Positions 22,602 through 35,820 of a DNA stretch of 64,000 bases are shown here, one piece after another. Source of the stretch: Selaginella moellendorffii (lineage: Eukaryota; Plantae; Lycopodiophyta); contig NW_003314299.1 in NCBI RefSeq assembly GCF_000143415.4, positions 62,001-126,000 on the forward strand. Direction: 5' to 3'. Position 1 is the stretch's first letter; the number at the start of each line of letters is the position of its first letter. The notes under the pieces are model-generated. The model was given only the letters and a program-made list of their open reading frames with translations. It ran no database searches and was not told the DNA's origin. The translations under genes were made by a program, and so were the position numbers.

Positions 22602-24104
22602 ATGGTGCTTTTGTTTTGCGGTGCTATGCTTGCTCTATACTTCATCCTTTGCAATGCGAGAACTCTTACAAGATTACCACCAGGTCCAATCTCTCTGCCA
22701 ATAGTTGGATCCATTTTCTTTCTAAGATATCCACTCCATCGCTTTTTCGCAAGCCTTGGCAAGATCTATGGCCCGATCATCCACCTGAGAGGTGGAGTGG
22801 TGGACTACATTGTCATCAACTCCATCGCCATAGCCAGGGAGGCCTTGATCACTCGCGATTTGGAGTTTGCTTATCGCCCAGCTACTAAGTTTGGAGAGTA
22901 CTTCAGCTATGGGCTCAAAGACATTGCTCTTGCTCCATATGGTGAGTCCTGGAAGAACCTCAAGCAAATCACGAGCAGGCACTTGATGAGCAACACGAGG
23001 CTGGATGGTGTTGCGGGGATCTACGAACTAGAGATGGCGAAATCGATCAAAGCCGTTCATAGCTCTGGCGATCATGCTCCCGTCAACCTGACCGATGCAG
23101 TCGGCAAGTTTATCTCGGATGCATTTTGTATGATTCTCTTTGGCAGCAAAGAGGAGAGAGTTTTGGATCTGGTAGCCCAAATCGAAAAGCAAACACTCAA
23201 CGTGAACATTGGAAACTTGTTCCCAGCGCTGGATTTCCTGGATCTCCACGGAGTAAACAAGACAATGAAGGAAACTCTCATGCCAGAGCTGGAACAATTG
23301 CTAACACAGGTGATCGGCGCTCACAAGCAAAACAAGGCGAGGATTGAGTCTCAAGGGCAAGAATTCGTCAGTAGAGATCTCACACACGTGCTACTATCTC
23401 TCGAGTCCCTAGAAGACATATCAATCGTCGCACTGCTCACTGTAAGTGATACCACGCACTTTTCACTCTAGAACTTACTCTTTGCACAGGATATACTTGT
23501 CGCTGGAGTTGACACGATCAAGTGGACAGCGGTCTGGGCCATGGCCGAAGTTCTAAGAAATTCCAGAGTGATGGAAAAAGCACAAGAAGAAGTAAAGAAC
23601 ACGATAGGGAAGTCACAACTTGTCAAGCACTCGGACCTCGTCAACTTACCTTACATCGAAGCAATCTTCAAAGAAGTGTTGCGAGTCCATCCAGTGGGAG
23701 CTCTTGGCGTTCCTCACCACAATCCATCCAAGGCAACACTCGCAGGCTACGACATCCCCAAGCACTGCACCGTTCTCATCAACATTTGGGCGATCGGGCA
23801 CGACCCACGGCACTGGGACGAGCCCGAGGTGTTTCGCCCGGAGCGTTTCCTGGGCGATCAAGCGAAATCCAACCAAGAACTCATGATGCCATTCTCTGCC
23901 GGGAGGAGAACTTGTCCGGGCATGCCAATAGCTTCCCGCATGGTTCCTTTTGTGGTTGCAAGCTTGCTCCATGCGTTTGATTGGAAGAGTGAAGGCGAGA
24001 TCGATTTGTCCGAGAGGTCGTCGGGAACTCTCTCGTGTATGCCGGCGTCCGAATTGGTGGCATTCGCATCGGCAAGGCTCGAAACGTCTGTCTATGCCTG
24101 TTGA
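22602..24104 (+). CDS. Cytochrome P450 (CYP71-clan/A-type), apparently intact, ~484 aa, one 48-bp intron 23442-23489
   Basis: N-terminal membrane anchor, LPPGP hinge, PYGESWK, I-helix AGVDT, KEVLR (ExxR), FRPERF, heme motif PFSAGRRTCPG. The GT-AG intron lies just before the I-helix. Confidence 0.9.
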
Positions 24105-24538
24105 CACCGAGAACGTTGCCTTTGAAGGTGCTCTCGGCAGGCCATGGTGTTCTAATGATCATAATCACTTCATGTTCTACGAAAATCCCCTCTCTCATCC
24201 AAATGCCTGGTCAAGGCAACTTCTGATACTAGCTTCGTCAACTATGCCCAACGCTACTAAGAGAAACCCTTACAACTTAGACACAATTCTAAAACGTTTT
24301 CCTTTTCTCAAACCCCACCAGATGCCATCTTTGGGCATATGTTGCAAGTATGATGTTTCACGACGCTAGATAATACCCGAGATCAAACAACGCTGTCACC
24401 ATTTTTATACATTTTAATTAAAAGGTTGTGAAGAATCAAGCCGCAACTTGAGCATCTGTACAAGGGCTGCGGTGGCGATGGATCTACCACACCCCTAACC
24501 CTAGTCCCATCCTTCCGGGAGTAAATCGAGCTCGCCCA

Positions 24539-24955
24539 TCACGAAAGGCGATAGATATCACTGGGCTTGATGATCGATCGCGTCTCCGGGCTCATTGGCA
24601 CCTCCCGCCGCCCAAGCCAATCCAAGAGCGCCGAGCCGCGATAGAGAAAGGCGTGCTCGTCCCGCTGGCTCCGCTGGATCACCGCGGTCACTGTGGAATC
24701 CGGCACAAAAGGGGCTCCAGCGTGATGCAGCAAATCGGCGAGGAGGAATTCCCCCCACTTCCATCCCGCGAGGACCCTGTTCTCACTCCTCCCAGCGATT
24801 TGAGGATCGCCCTCCTCGCCTCTGGAGGCATTGCCGCCACCGGCGCCCTGTGGATCCCATACTGCTTGATCAGCGCCAGCGCCACTCTCCTCTCCTCGTC
24901 CGGGTCGGCGGCCCTGGAATTGGGGATTCTGGATCCCTCGCCGCCGGCGACGAAA
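24539..24955 (-). pseudogene. 3' fragment of the U-box-like gene (see 55614)
   Basis: PICCITLEPLL and FLYRGSALLDWLGRREVPMSPETRSIIKPSDIYRLS, with a frameshift. Confidence 0.8.
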
Positions 24956-25019
24956 CGTCTGTCTATGCCTGAGACAACGTTGTCTTTGAATTGCGCACTT
25001 CATGTTCTACGAAAATCCC

Positions 25020-25952
25020 ATCTCTCATCCAAATGCCCGGAGCGAGCGTAGGCTGCGATCATCGCCCGGAGTGGCATCTCATCAAAAACTGTTTTTGCGC
25101 ACTCCACCATCTCGGCCTGCGAGTATCCGACCACCGTCGTCGTCCAGGCCACCACGTCCCGGTGCGGCATCCCGTCAAACAGCCTCTTTGCTTCCTCCAT
25201 CTCGCCTCGTCTTGCGTAGGCCTATCAAGGTCGTGAATGACACGCCGTTCCTCCTTGGCATCATCTCGAACACGTCCCTGCCTTGTTCTACGTGACCATC
25301 TTGAGCATAAGCTTGGACCATCGAGTCCCACGATGAGACATCCGATCAAACGCGGCCTTTGCTTGGACAAGCTCGCCTCTCTCCACGCTCGACTGGAGCA
25401 TCACATTCCAGGAGATGGAGTTTCATCTTGTAAAACAGCTCCCGGGCCTCCTCCACGCGACCGTGATCCGCGTACGCTGTGATGAGCGCGTTCCAAGTTA
25501 CCAAGTTCCTGTCCGGTATCCGATCGAAGATGGTCTTTGCGTCTTCAAGGAAACCATGACTGGCGTAAGCGTTCATCATCGTCGTCCACGGGATCGCGTC
25601 GGGGCACTGGATTCTCTCGAACAAAACTCTCGCTTCTTCCAAGTCTCCATTCTTGGCGTGGCCCTGGAGCATTGCCGTAGAGGCCACGACGTTCTCCATC
25701 GGCATCCTCTCGAACAAAGCTCTCGGCAATCTCTCCTCCAGCAACGTAAGCCCAGATCATCGTTGTCCACGACACTGAGTCTCGCAAGATCATCCTCTCG
25801 AAAACCCTCTTGCCAGATCAAGTTGCATATCCAGCCACCATAGCGTTCCACAAAACCACATCCTTGAGCGGCATGCAATGGAAGAGCTTCTTTGCCTCTT
25901 CCACTTTTCCAGCCTTTTCATGACCCGTGATCATAGAGTTCCATGCAATCAT
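25020..25952 (-). pseudogene. PPR pseudogene, interrupted at 25952 by Copia-A
   Basis: PPR motifs with frameshifts, ending at the ATCAT TSD. Confidence 0.85.
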
Positions 25953-28900
25953 TGTTAGAGTCGAAATCCAAGGTGTGATAGGCACCTTGAATCATGGAGA
26001 TCAAGGGCCACATTCAACAGCAAATTTCAGGAGAAAATTCTGGATGTAGCTAGTATATATCAGAGCAGGATCAAAAGGATGGAAATGCTGCCACTGTCAC
26101 TTTCCCAAATGGCCGTTCCATTTCCATTTTTGATGGATCTTGAAACTTCTCAAGCTGGAGGCACCGGATGGAGCTCATCCTCAAAGGTGAGGGAGTTTGG
26201 GGCGTTGTCAATGGTGACGAGCTGAAGCCAGGAGTTGATGTAGGCTATCAGAAGGTGGATACCTAGAGTTGGCATGAGGACAAGGGCACGGCAACAATCG
26301 GGCTTGCAGTGATAGAGAGTGTGCTAGATGATCTCACCCTCAATGAGAATTACACCAGCAGTGAGTTGTGGAAGAAGCTGTGTGAGAAGCACAAGCAGCA
26401 GATGCATTCCAGATTGGCCATCTCTACACAGAGATGATCAACATGTGGTGGACAGAGTCAGAAAGCTTCGATTAGTTCATGGATGACATGAAAAATACAT
26501 ATAGGCAAATTGAGGAGTCAGATAAGGAGAACAAGCTTCCTCCTTCTCTTTAGACTTATTTATTTCTTCGTGCTCTTCCTAATTCTTTCCATTCTCTTCA
26601 AAGTAACTTGATGTAGGTTGACAAGCTCTAGCTTAGTTATGCCATATTTGCCGTTAAGAAGGAAATCATCATGTAGGAGGATGTTGGGATTCTCTACTCC
26701 AAATCTGATCAGGCTTTGTTTGCAAGAAGCTTTTCTAAACAATTTGTGAAGAAGAAGAACAACAACAAAGTTTCGAAGGATGGAGATTTTTCCAAGGCAA
26801 AGGATAGTGATGTGAAGTCTAACAAGGACTCTAAGAAGAAATCCTCTTGTGGTTATTGCAACAAGTCTAACCATGAAGAGTCTGAATGCAAGTTGAAGAT
26901 GAAACACCTTCAACAACAGTTGAATGATTTCAAATCTTTAAAACTTATGGCTCACTATAGATGACTTTTGGATGAAGCTTGTGTTGTTAAGGTCAAAACC
27001 GAGCTTTGCAACAATGCCATGGTAACTAACTCTTTTGTGATTGATTCCGGAGCTACTCCTCATCTATCTTGGCACAAAGATTTGAAAGAAAAGTGGAGCA
27101 AGAACAATGGATTTCACTTCAACACACTCATTGATTCATATATGGCTGTATATATATACAACTTCAATCAAATCGGAAATCACTAGAGATCTGATATGAA
27201 TCGTCTTGTTTGTCGTGTTCATCATTATTCCTACACTCCCCCTTCAAGCTGAAGGTGCTTGACACTCCAAGTTGATTCCTCCAGAAGCATTCTGATACTT
27301 GTTTGTTTCACAATTGGTGAGAATGTCTCATCAAAATCCACTCCAGGAACTTGTGAATATCCTTGAGCAACAAGTCTTGCTTTGTAACGCTGTACCGATC
27401 CATCAGGATTTCTGTGAAGCTTGAACACCCAGCGTGATCCAACAACTTCACATCCTTTAGGAGCTTCCACCAAGTCATAAGTTTGGTTCTCATCAAGAGA
27501 ATTCAACTCATCTTGCATTGCTAAAACCCACTTATCTGCATCAAGAGCTTGAATTGCCTGCTCAAAGTTGACTAGTTCAGAAGCTATTTCTGTTGTTGCA
27601 AAAGACCACTGCTTGGGATGAGGTGCTCTGCTTGATCGTCTAGATGATGTCCACCCATAGTTCTCCACGTTGAATGGTAGATCACGTGTGAGCCTGTCAA
27701 CTTCTCCAATTCGTGCACAATGAGTAGCATCGCCCTGTTCTTCAGGAAGAAAAGATCCAAAGACTGGTGTTGGATGGTCGTCTGCTGAAGGAGATGAGGG
27801 ATAGATGATTGTCAGATCATTGTCATCTTCATCATCGTCTTCAACACCATCCCAACTCCATTCTTCCGGAGTCCAGTTCATGTTTTGATCTGAGCTTTCT
27901 TCTTCTTGAACATGATCTTTGTAAAGTGTTCCTTCATCAAAATGAATGCTACTGCTTACAAAAATTTGATGATTACCAGGCTGGTACAAGTGATATCCTT
28001 TTGAATTGGAATTGTATCCAACAAGAAAGGCCGCCTTGCTTCTGCTCTCCAACTTGCCGAGATGCTCATCCACCCTTTTTGCAAAGCTTAAACAACCAAA
28101 ATGCCTAAAGTGCACCACCGATTATCTTTGACCAGTCCAAAGCTCTTTTGGGATCTTGTTGGGATTGCGAGAATGAGGGAGAAGGTTTTGAACATGCACA
28201 GCTGATCCGACTGCTTCAGCCCAGAGGAATTTTGGTAGTCCTGATTCTTGAAGGAAGCACCAAACTGCGTTCATGATTGTTCTGTTCTTGCGCTCAAAGA
28301 CTCCATTCTATTGAGGGGTATGAGAGCAAGAGTGCTGATGAAGAATTCCTCGTTCAGCATAGAACTGCTGAAAGAACTTGTTGACATATTCCCCTCTTGA
28401 ATCAGTATGTAAACAGCTAATCCTCTAACCAGTTTTCATTTCGGCTTCTGCTACAAATTGCTTGAATTTGCTGAAGACTTCATCTTTGTGACGAAGAAAG
28501 AAGACGTCCGTATGCCTGGAGAAATCATCTGTAAATGTCACAAAATACTTTGTGCCATTCTGAGCAAACAATCGCATGGGTCCACAAACATTTGAGTGAA
28601 TGAGCTGCAAGGAACGAGTGCTTCTGATCACAGCAAGTTTGAAAGTATGACAGGTTTGCTTGCCAAGAATGCAAGTGTGACATTTTGCTGAACTTTGAAA
28701 AACGTGGTCGTTGAAGCCATCCACAAGCTCCTGCTTCTGCATATGCCTGATGAGAGGGGGATTGGCATGTGCAAGTCAAGAATGCTAGAGAGAACTATCT
28801 GTAGTCATGCATATCTCAAGAGTGTTCAATTTTTCTCCAGAAGCTACTCCTTCTCAAACAGGTTACCACATCTAGGAAAATGCAGTAATGGACGACCATT

Positions 28901-31224
28901 TGCAAGAACTTGACATTGATGTTTGGAGAAATTCACATCCAAACCTTCATCCATAAGCCTAGCTACAGAAACCAGATTCTTCATTATCTTTGGAACATAC
29001 CATGCATTCTTCAAGAGCAGAGACTTTTTTCCCAGTGGAACTCGCACATCCCCAGTTGCACGAACAGGTAAAATGCTTCCATCTCCCACACAAATGCACT
29101 TCCCTTTTGCAGCACGCAACTGCACAAAGTTCGACCCGCTTTGCATCAGGTGTCTCTCTGAACCTGAATCGATGGTCAATTTTTTAGAAACGTTTGGAAC
29201 TGCTACCTCAGATAATGCCGCAAGTTCCTGTGTTTCCCCTTCCTGAGCATTTGCTGCGAGCCCTATGTTCATGTGCTGCAGCCAAGCTGGAACTGGGAAA
29301 TCCTTGGAATAGTGTCTTGGCATCCCATAGGTCCAGCATTCCTGTTTGTTCTTGCCCACAAAACAATCCCAAACTGCTGCTTCTTTACCAGAATTCCCTG
29401 AATTCTGCTGCTGCTGCAGATTTCCCCTAAACCCACAACCTCTGCCTCGTACTCCTCTTCCACGGCCTCCTCTGCCTCGATGATTTCCAGCCCACAGAGC
29501 TGAATCAGTCCCTGACTGATTGCTCGATGCAGAAACATTTGATGTAGACTGTGAGATCAAAACCTGGGAAGGCTTTTGATCAAAGTCCACAATCAAACCT
29601 CTCGCAGCCAGCTCTGACTGTAAAGTTTGCTCAGCTTGTTCAAAGTTGAGCAACATCATGCGAACGGTAGGGACGAAAGAACTAAAAGAAGAATCTTGCA
29701 TAGCCTCGCAAAGCGTCAGAACTTTTTTGCTTTCGTTGAACACCGCTGGACTGCCTTCAAGCTCCATCCACAGATCTTGCATCTTGGCAAGGAACTCTTC
29801 AAAATTCTTGCCTGGATGAAAACAGGTTTCACAAATGCAAGTCTTGACCATGCTGATCTTGGAGAGGGAAAGAACAGCATACTTGTTGTGGAGATGAGCC
29901 CAGATCTCACAAGCACTCTTATGATGCAAACGCATCATAAGGGCATTTGCAAGCTTAGAAAGAATCAATCCTTTTGCTCGAGATTCCTTCTTCTCCAGCA
30001 CAGCTTGTTCCCCTGGATCAAGCTATTGTCGAGCTGCTGCAACAGAGGCACGAATTGCCTCTTCATCCACGACTTCTCCTTCCACCGAAGTTGAAGCTCC
30101 CAACGTAGCAGGGGCTCGCCGCGTATGAGCATCTACAGCGATTGTCGGTGGTGAAACGATTTCCCAAAGTTCTTCCATCTGCAGCATGCGCATCATTTTC
30201 TCGGACCAGGTATTGAACCCTCTCCTCCCATCAAAGGCAGCGACTCCCTGAAGCAAGATCAATTCAACTTTGCTGCAGCTCATGATGTGAGGCACAAAGA
30301 AAGGAGAAGAAAGAGTTCAGAAACTGAGCTCTAATACCATGAAAGAAAAGCGGAGCAAGAATAACAGATTTCACTTCAACACACTCATTGATTCATATAT
30401 GGCTGTATATATATACAACTTCAATCAAATTGGAAATCACTAGAGATCTGATATGAATTGTCTTGCTTGTCATGTTCATCATTATTCCTACAAGATCATT
30501 TTGTCAAGTATAGAAATTGTCTTGGCCAGCATGCTATGCAGCTAAGAGACAATAGTGAGCATGGTGTTCATGGCATTGGTGACATCAATGTCCAAACATC
30601 TCATAGGAACTTAACTCTGACTAAGGTAATGTATGTTTCTACTCTTCACAAAGATTTACTATCTGTTGCTAAGATTGCTGATATGGGGAACAATTTGTGT
30701 TTTGCTCATCAAGCTTGTGTCATTCAAAATGCACAAACTCATGATGTGGTTGCTATAGCTCCCAGGGAAGGAAATCTATACTGACTCAAAGACAAGGAGT
30801 CTACCAGCTCTTTGATTCTTGCCTCTGTTGGTAAAGGTGCATGTGATCTATGGCATAAGTGATTGGGCCATTGCTCATTGGCTAGGATTTCCACCTTAAA
30901 GAACATGGTAAATGGTTTGGATGTATCTAACGAGCTAACTCTTGCTCCATGGGAAGCATGTGCACTTGGAAAGCACCATCGTCAGCCTTTTAAAACGATT
31001 GGAAGTCGAACAAGCAATTTGCTTAAACTTGTCCATGCTGATGTTTGTGGTCCAGTACAAGTTCCATCTTTCAAGAAGGCTAAGTATTTGTTGACTTTCA
31101 CAGATGATCTTAGTTGCAAGACTTGGGTTTATTTTCTAAAGAAGAAATCTAATTATTTTGTAGATTGGAAAGCCTTGGTAGAAAACCAAACTGATTGTCA
31201 AATCAAGAAGCTACATATAGACAA
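25953..31224 (+). mobile_element. Ty1/Copia element A, 5' part (partly deleted 5' LTR, gag, Zn knuckle, protease, integrase to ..HIDN), decayed; hosts nested Copia-B
   Basis: LTR start TGTTAGAG, PBS remnant TATCAGAGC, FDGS.NFSSWRHRMELIL, CGYCNKSNHEESEC, VIDSGAT, LVHADVCGP. Confidence 0.88.
27083..30492 (-). mobile_element. Nested Ty1/Copia element B, 153-bp LTRs (27083-27235, 30340-30492), most of RT/RNase H deleted
   Basis: TG..CA LTRs, TSD AGATT/AGATC, PBS TGGTATTAGAGC, PPT, gag (FDGRRGFNTW), protease (IDSGS), integrase (LIHSNVCGP), RT start (RYKARLVAQGYSQVPGVDFDETFSP). Confidence 0.92.
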
Positions 31225-31241
31225 CCTCACAAGAATGTCAT

Positions 31242-31683
31242 TGACAAAGTGCCAAAAGGAGAGCAAAAAATGAACAAGATCTTTTCAGAAGGAATTAGAA
31301 CAACTGCTACATAAAAGAAGAAAGAAACACTAGCTATATACTAATTACATCCAGAATTTTCTCCTGAAATTTGCTATTGAATGTGGCCCATTCAAAGTGC
31401 CTATCACACCTTGGATTTCAACTCCAACACTTCTCCTAAAGCCAAGGGTGTGACTGCTGTTGCTACCTCTTTCTCAGTCAAGGCTTGGCTATGACTCCAA
31501 TAGAATTCCTATGTTCCACAAATAGAACTTCAGCCAAAAGTTTTGTAAAGATGTCAGTAAGTTGTTGTTGAGAAGAAACATGCTGAACCGTTAACAAACT
31601 TGTGTGTACCAAATCCCTGACATAACTTGGCAATATGTCAAGACTTCCAGTTGCACTTAACTATTGCACCAATTGATAGCTCC
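31242..31683 (-). mobile_element. Copia-A 3' LTR (31242-31429) plus RNase H tail, duplicate copy
   Basis: Reverse complement of the 19107-19307 LTR and adjacent sequence. Confidence 0.85.
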
Positions 31684-32169
31684 AGCCTGGAGACGCAATC
31701 GATCATCAAGCCCAGTGATATTTATCGCCTTTCGTGATGGGCGAGCTCGATTTACTCTGGTCTGGTAGATCCATCGCCACCGCCAGCGCAGGGCAGGGTG
31801 ACTTTTAGCTGCCTTGTACAGATGCTCAAGTTGCGGCTTGATTCTTCACAACCTTTTAATTGAAATGTATAAAAATGGTGACAGCGTTGTTTGGTTTCGG
31901 GTATTATCTAGCGTCGTGAAACATCATACTTGCAACATATGCCCAAAGATGGCATCTGAGAGAGAAAAGGAAAACGTTTTAGAATTGGGTTTGTAAGTTG
32001 TAAAGGGTTTCTCTTAGTAGCGTTGGGCATAGTTGACGAAGTTAGTATCAGCAGTTGCCTTGACCAGGCATTTGGATGAGAGAGGGGATTTTTGTAGAAC
32101 ATGAAGTGATTATGATCATTAGAACACCATGGCCTGCCGAGAGCACCTTCAAAGGCAACGTTCTCGGTG

Positions 32170-33294
32170 TCAACAGGCATAGACAGACGTTTCGAGCCTT
32201 GCCGATGCGAATGCCACCAAGTTGGACGCCGGCATACACGAGAGAGTTCCCGACGACCTCTCGGACAAATCGATCTCGCCTTCACTCTTCCAATCAAACG
32301 CATGGAGCAAGCTTGCAACCACAAAAGGAACCACGCGGGAAGCTATTGGCATGCCCGGACAAGTTCTCCTCCCGGCAGAGAATGGGATCATGAGTTCTTG
32401 GTTGGATTTCGCTCGATCGCCCAGGAAACGCTCCAGGCGAAACACCTCGGGCTTCTCCCAGTGCCGTGGGTCGTGCCCGATCGCCCAGATGTTGATGAGA
32501 ACGGTGCAGTGCTTGGGGATGTCGTAGCCTGCGAGTGTTGCCTTGGATGGATTGTGGTGAGGAACGCCAAGAGCTCCCACTGGATGGACTCGCAACACTT
32601 CTTTGAAGATTGCTTCGATGTAAGGTAAGTTGACGAGGTCCGAGTGCTTGACAAGTTGTGACTTCCCTATCGTGTTCTTTACTGCTTCTTGTGCTTTTTC
32701 CATCACTCTGGAATTTCTTAGAACTTCGGCCATGGCCCAGACTGCTGTCCACTTGATCGTGTCAACTCCAGCGACAAGTATATCCTGTGCAAAGAGTAAG
32801 TTCCAGACTGAAAAGTGCGTGGTATCACTTACAGTGAGCAGTGCGACGATTGATATGTCTCGTAGGGACTCGAGAGATAATAGCACGTCTGTGAGATCTC
32901 TGCTGACGAATTCCTGCCCTTGAGACTCAATCCTCGCCTTGTTTTGCTTGTGAGCGCCGATCACTTGTATTAGCAATTGTTCCAGCTCTGGCATGAGAGT
33001 TTCCTTCATTGTCTTGTTTACTCCGTGGAGATCCAGGAAATCCAGCGCTGGGAACAAGTTTCCGATGTTCACGTTGATTGCTTGCTTTTCGATTTGGGCT
33101 ACCAGATCCAAAACTCTCACTTCTGTGCTGCCAAAGAGAATCATACAAAATGCATCCGAGATAAACTTGCCGACTGCATCGGTCAGGTTGATCGCCAGAG
33201 CTATCTCTAGTTCGTCGATCCCCGCAACACCATCCAGCCTCGTGTTGTTCGTCAAGTGCCTGCTCGTGATTTGCTTGAGGTTCTTCCAGGACTC
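32170..33294 (-). pseudogene. 5'-truncated CYP450 copy (inverted), open reading frame retained for the last ~370 aa
   Basis: ORF 32170..33312 lacks the membrane anchor and N-terminus; it is fused head-to-head to PPR at GGACTC. Confidence 0.85.
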
Positions 33295-34700
33295 CCGGCG
33301 ATTCCAGCGCAAGGCGATTTTAATTCTCTAGTCCGGTCCATCAAATCGTACGGCAACTCGAAGAACTTGGGCGAAGCGAGGAAAGTCCATGCGAGGATAG
33401 AACGGAACAGGGACCTGAAAGAAAGCTTGCATCTGTGGAATCTTGTGATTGAAATGTATGGAAAGTGCGGCAGCGTGGAGGAGGCTCGAGCGGTGTTCGA
33501 TCGGATCAGCGACAGGAACTTGGTGTCGTGGAACATCCTCCTTGCGGCATATGCCCGAAACGTGGATATTGCTCAAGCAAGATGCGTGTTCCAGAGCATG
33601 CCCAGGAAGGATCGAGTGTCATGGAAAGGAATTATCCAGCCTACGTGAAAAGCGGGCTTTCGGAAAGAGCGATGGGAGTGTTTAGAGCGATGCCATAACC
33701 GGATATCGTCTCGTGGACAACCGTGGTTGCCGCATTTGGCAAGGCGGGGGTCGAGCGACAGAGCTGTTTGATTCGATGCCTCACAAGATTGTGATCGCGT
33801 GGAACGCTATGATCACGGGTCATGAAAAGGCTGGATTAATGGAAGAGGCAAAGAAGCTCTTCGATTGCATGCCGCTCAAGGATGTGGTTTCGTGGAACGC
33901 TATGGTGGCGGGATATGCCGGAAACGGGCAACTTGATCTGGCGAGAGAGGTTTTCGAGAGCATGATCTTGCGAGACTCGGTGTCGTGGACGACGATGATC
34001 CGGGCTTACGTTACTGGAGGAGAGATTGCCAAGGCCAGAGCTTTGTTCGAGAGGATGCCGATGGAGAACGTCGTAGGGGCCACACCGAGAATGGAGACTT
34101 GGAAGAAGCGAGAGCTTTGTTCGAGAAAATCCAGTGCCCCGACGCGATCGCGTGGACGACGATGATGAACGCTTACGCCAGGCATGGTTTCCTTAAAGAC
34201 GCAAAGACCATCTTCGATCGGATGCCGGACAGGAACTTGGTAACTTGGAACGCGCTCATCACAGCGTACACGGATCACGGTCGCGTGGAGGAGGCCCGGG
34301 AGCTGTTTGACAGAATGAAAGAGAGGAACTCCATCTCCTGGGATGTGATGGTCGAGCGTGGAGAGAGGCGAGCTTGTCTAAGCAAAGGCCGCATTTGATC
34401 AGATGCCTCAATCGGACACAGTGTCGTGGAACTCGATGGTTCAAGCGTATGCTCAAGATGGTCACGTAGAACAAGCCAGGGACGTGTTCGAGAGGATGCC
34501 GAGGAGGAACGTTGTGTTATTCACGGCCTTGATCCAGGCCTACGCGAGAAGAGGCGAGATGGAGGAAGCAAAGAGGCTGTTTGACGAGATGCCGCAGCGG
34601 GACGTGGTGGCCTGGACGACGATGGTGGTCGGATACGCGCAGGCCGAGATGGTGGAGTGCGATGATCGCAGCCTACGCTCGCCCCGGGCATTTGGATGAG
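33289..34700 (+). pseudogene. PPR pseudogene (inverted copy)
   Basis: Frameshifted PPR pieces 33256..33648, 33713..34165, 33985..34398 and 34403..34699. Confidence 0.85.
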
Positions 34701-34758
34701 AGATGTAGAACATCAAGTGATTATGATCATTAGAACGCAATTCAAAGACAACGTTGTC

Positions 34759-35505
34759 TCAGGTATAGACAGACGTTTCGAGCCTCGCCGATGCGAATGC
34801 CACCAAGTCGGACGCCGGCAGAGTTCCCGACGACCTCTCGGACAAATTGATCTCGCCCAATTAAACGCATGGAGCAAGCTTGCAACCACAAAAGGAACCA
34901 CCCGGGAAGCTATCGGCATGCCAGGAATGGCATCATGAGTTCTTGGTTGGATTTCGCTTGATCGCCCAGGAAACGCTCCGAGCGAAACACCTCGGGCTCG
35001 TCCCAGTGCTGTTTGAGATGACAAGGGTGCAGTGCTTGGGGATGTCGTGGCCTGCGATTGTTACCTTGGATGGATTGTGGTACGCAAAGAGCTCCCACTG
35101 GATGGAGTCGCAAAACTTATTCGAAGATTGCTTCGATGTAAGGTAAGTTGACGAGGTCCGAGTGCTTGACAGGTTGTTACTTGACGTTGAGTGTTTGGTT
35201 TTCGATTTGGGCTACCAGATCCAAAACTCTCTCCTCTGTGCTGCCAAAGAGACTCATACAAAATGCATCCGAGATAAATTTGCCGACTGCATCGGTCAAG
35301 GTGACGGGAGCATGATCACCAGAGCTTTGTATGGCTTTGATGGATTTCGCCATCTCCATTTCGTCAATCCCCGCAAAACCATCCAGCCTCGTGTTGCTCA
35401 TGAAGTGCCTGCTCGTGATTTGATGTCTTTGAAGCCATAGCCAAACTTACTAGCTGGGCGATAAGCAAACTCCAAATCGTGAGTTATGGTGATGGAGTTG
35501 ATGAC
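34759..35505 (-). pseudogene. CYP450 pseudogene (inverted copy)
   Basis: Reverse complement of the 45444-46133 type copy. Confidence 0.8.
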
Positions 35506-35529
35506 AACAAAGCTATAAAGTCAAAACAA

Positions 35530-35820
35530 CAGGAACTTGGTGTCGTGGAACATCCTCCTTGCGGCATATGCTCGAAATGGGGATATTGCTCAAGCAAGAT
35601 GCGTGTTCCAGAGCATGCCCAGAAAGGATCAAGTGTCATGGAATGGAATGATCCAGGCCTACGTGAAAACTGGGCTTTTGGAAAGAGCGATGGAAGTGTT
35701 TAGAGCAATGCCATCACTGGATACCATCTCATGGACAACCGTGGTTGCTGCATTTGCCAAGGCGGGGGATCTGTGTCGAGCGACAGAGCTGTTTGATTTA
35801 ATGCCTCACAAGAATGTGAT
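35530..35820 (+). pseudogene. PPR fragment abutting the Copia-A 3' LTR
   Basis: [15 protein letters not shown]...MPHKNVI followed by the LTR. Confidence 0.8.

Noticed and set aside
33256-33648. Apparent CYP-PPR fusion proteins (also ORFs 48421..48801, 50701..51219, 53570..53920)
   Set aside because: These join antisense CYP to PPR fragments across deletion or inversion junctions, mostly without a true ATG; rearrangement by-products.
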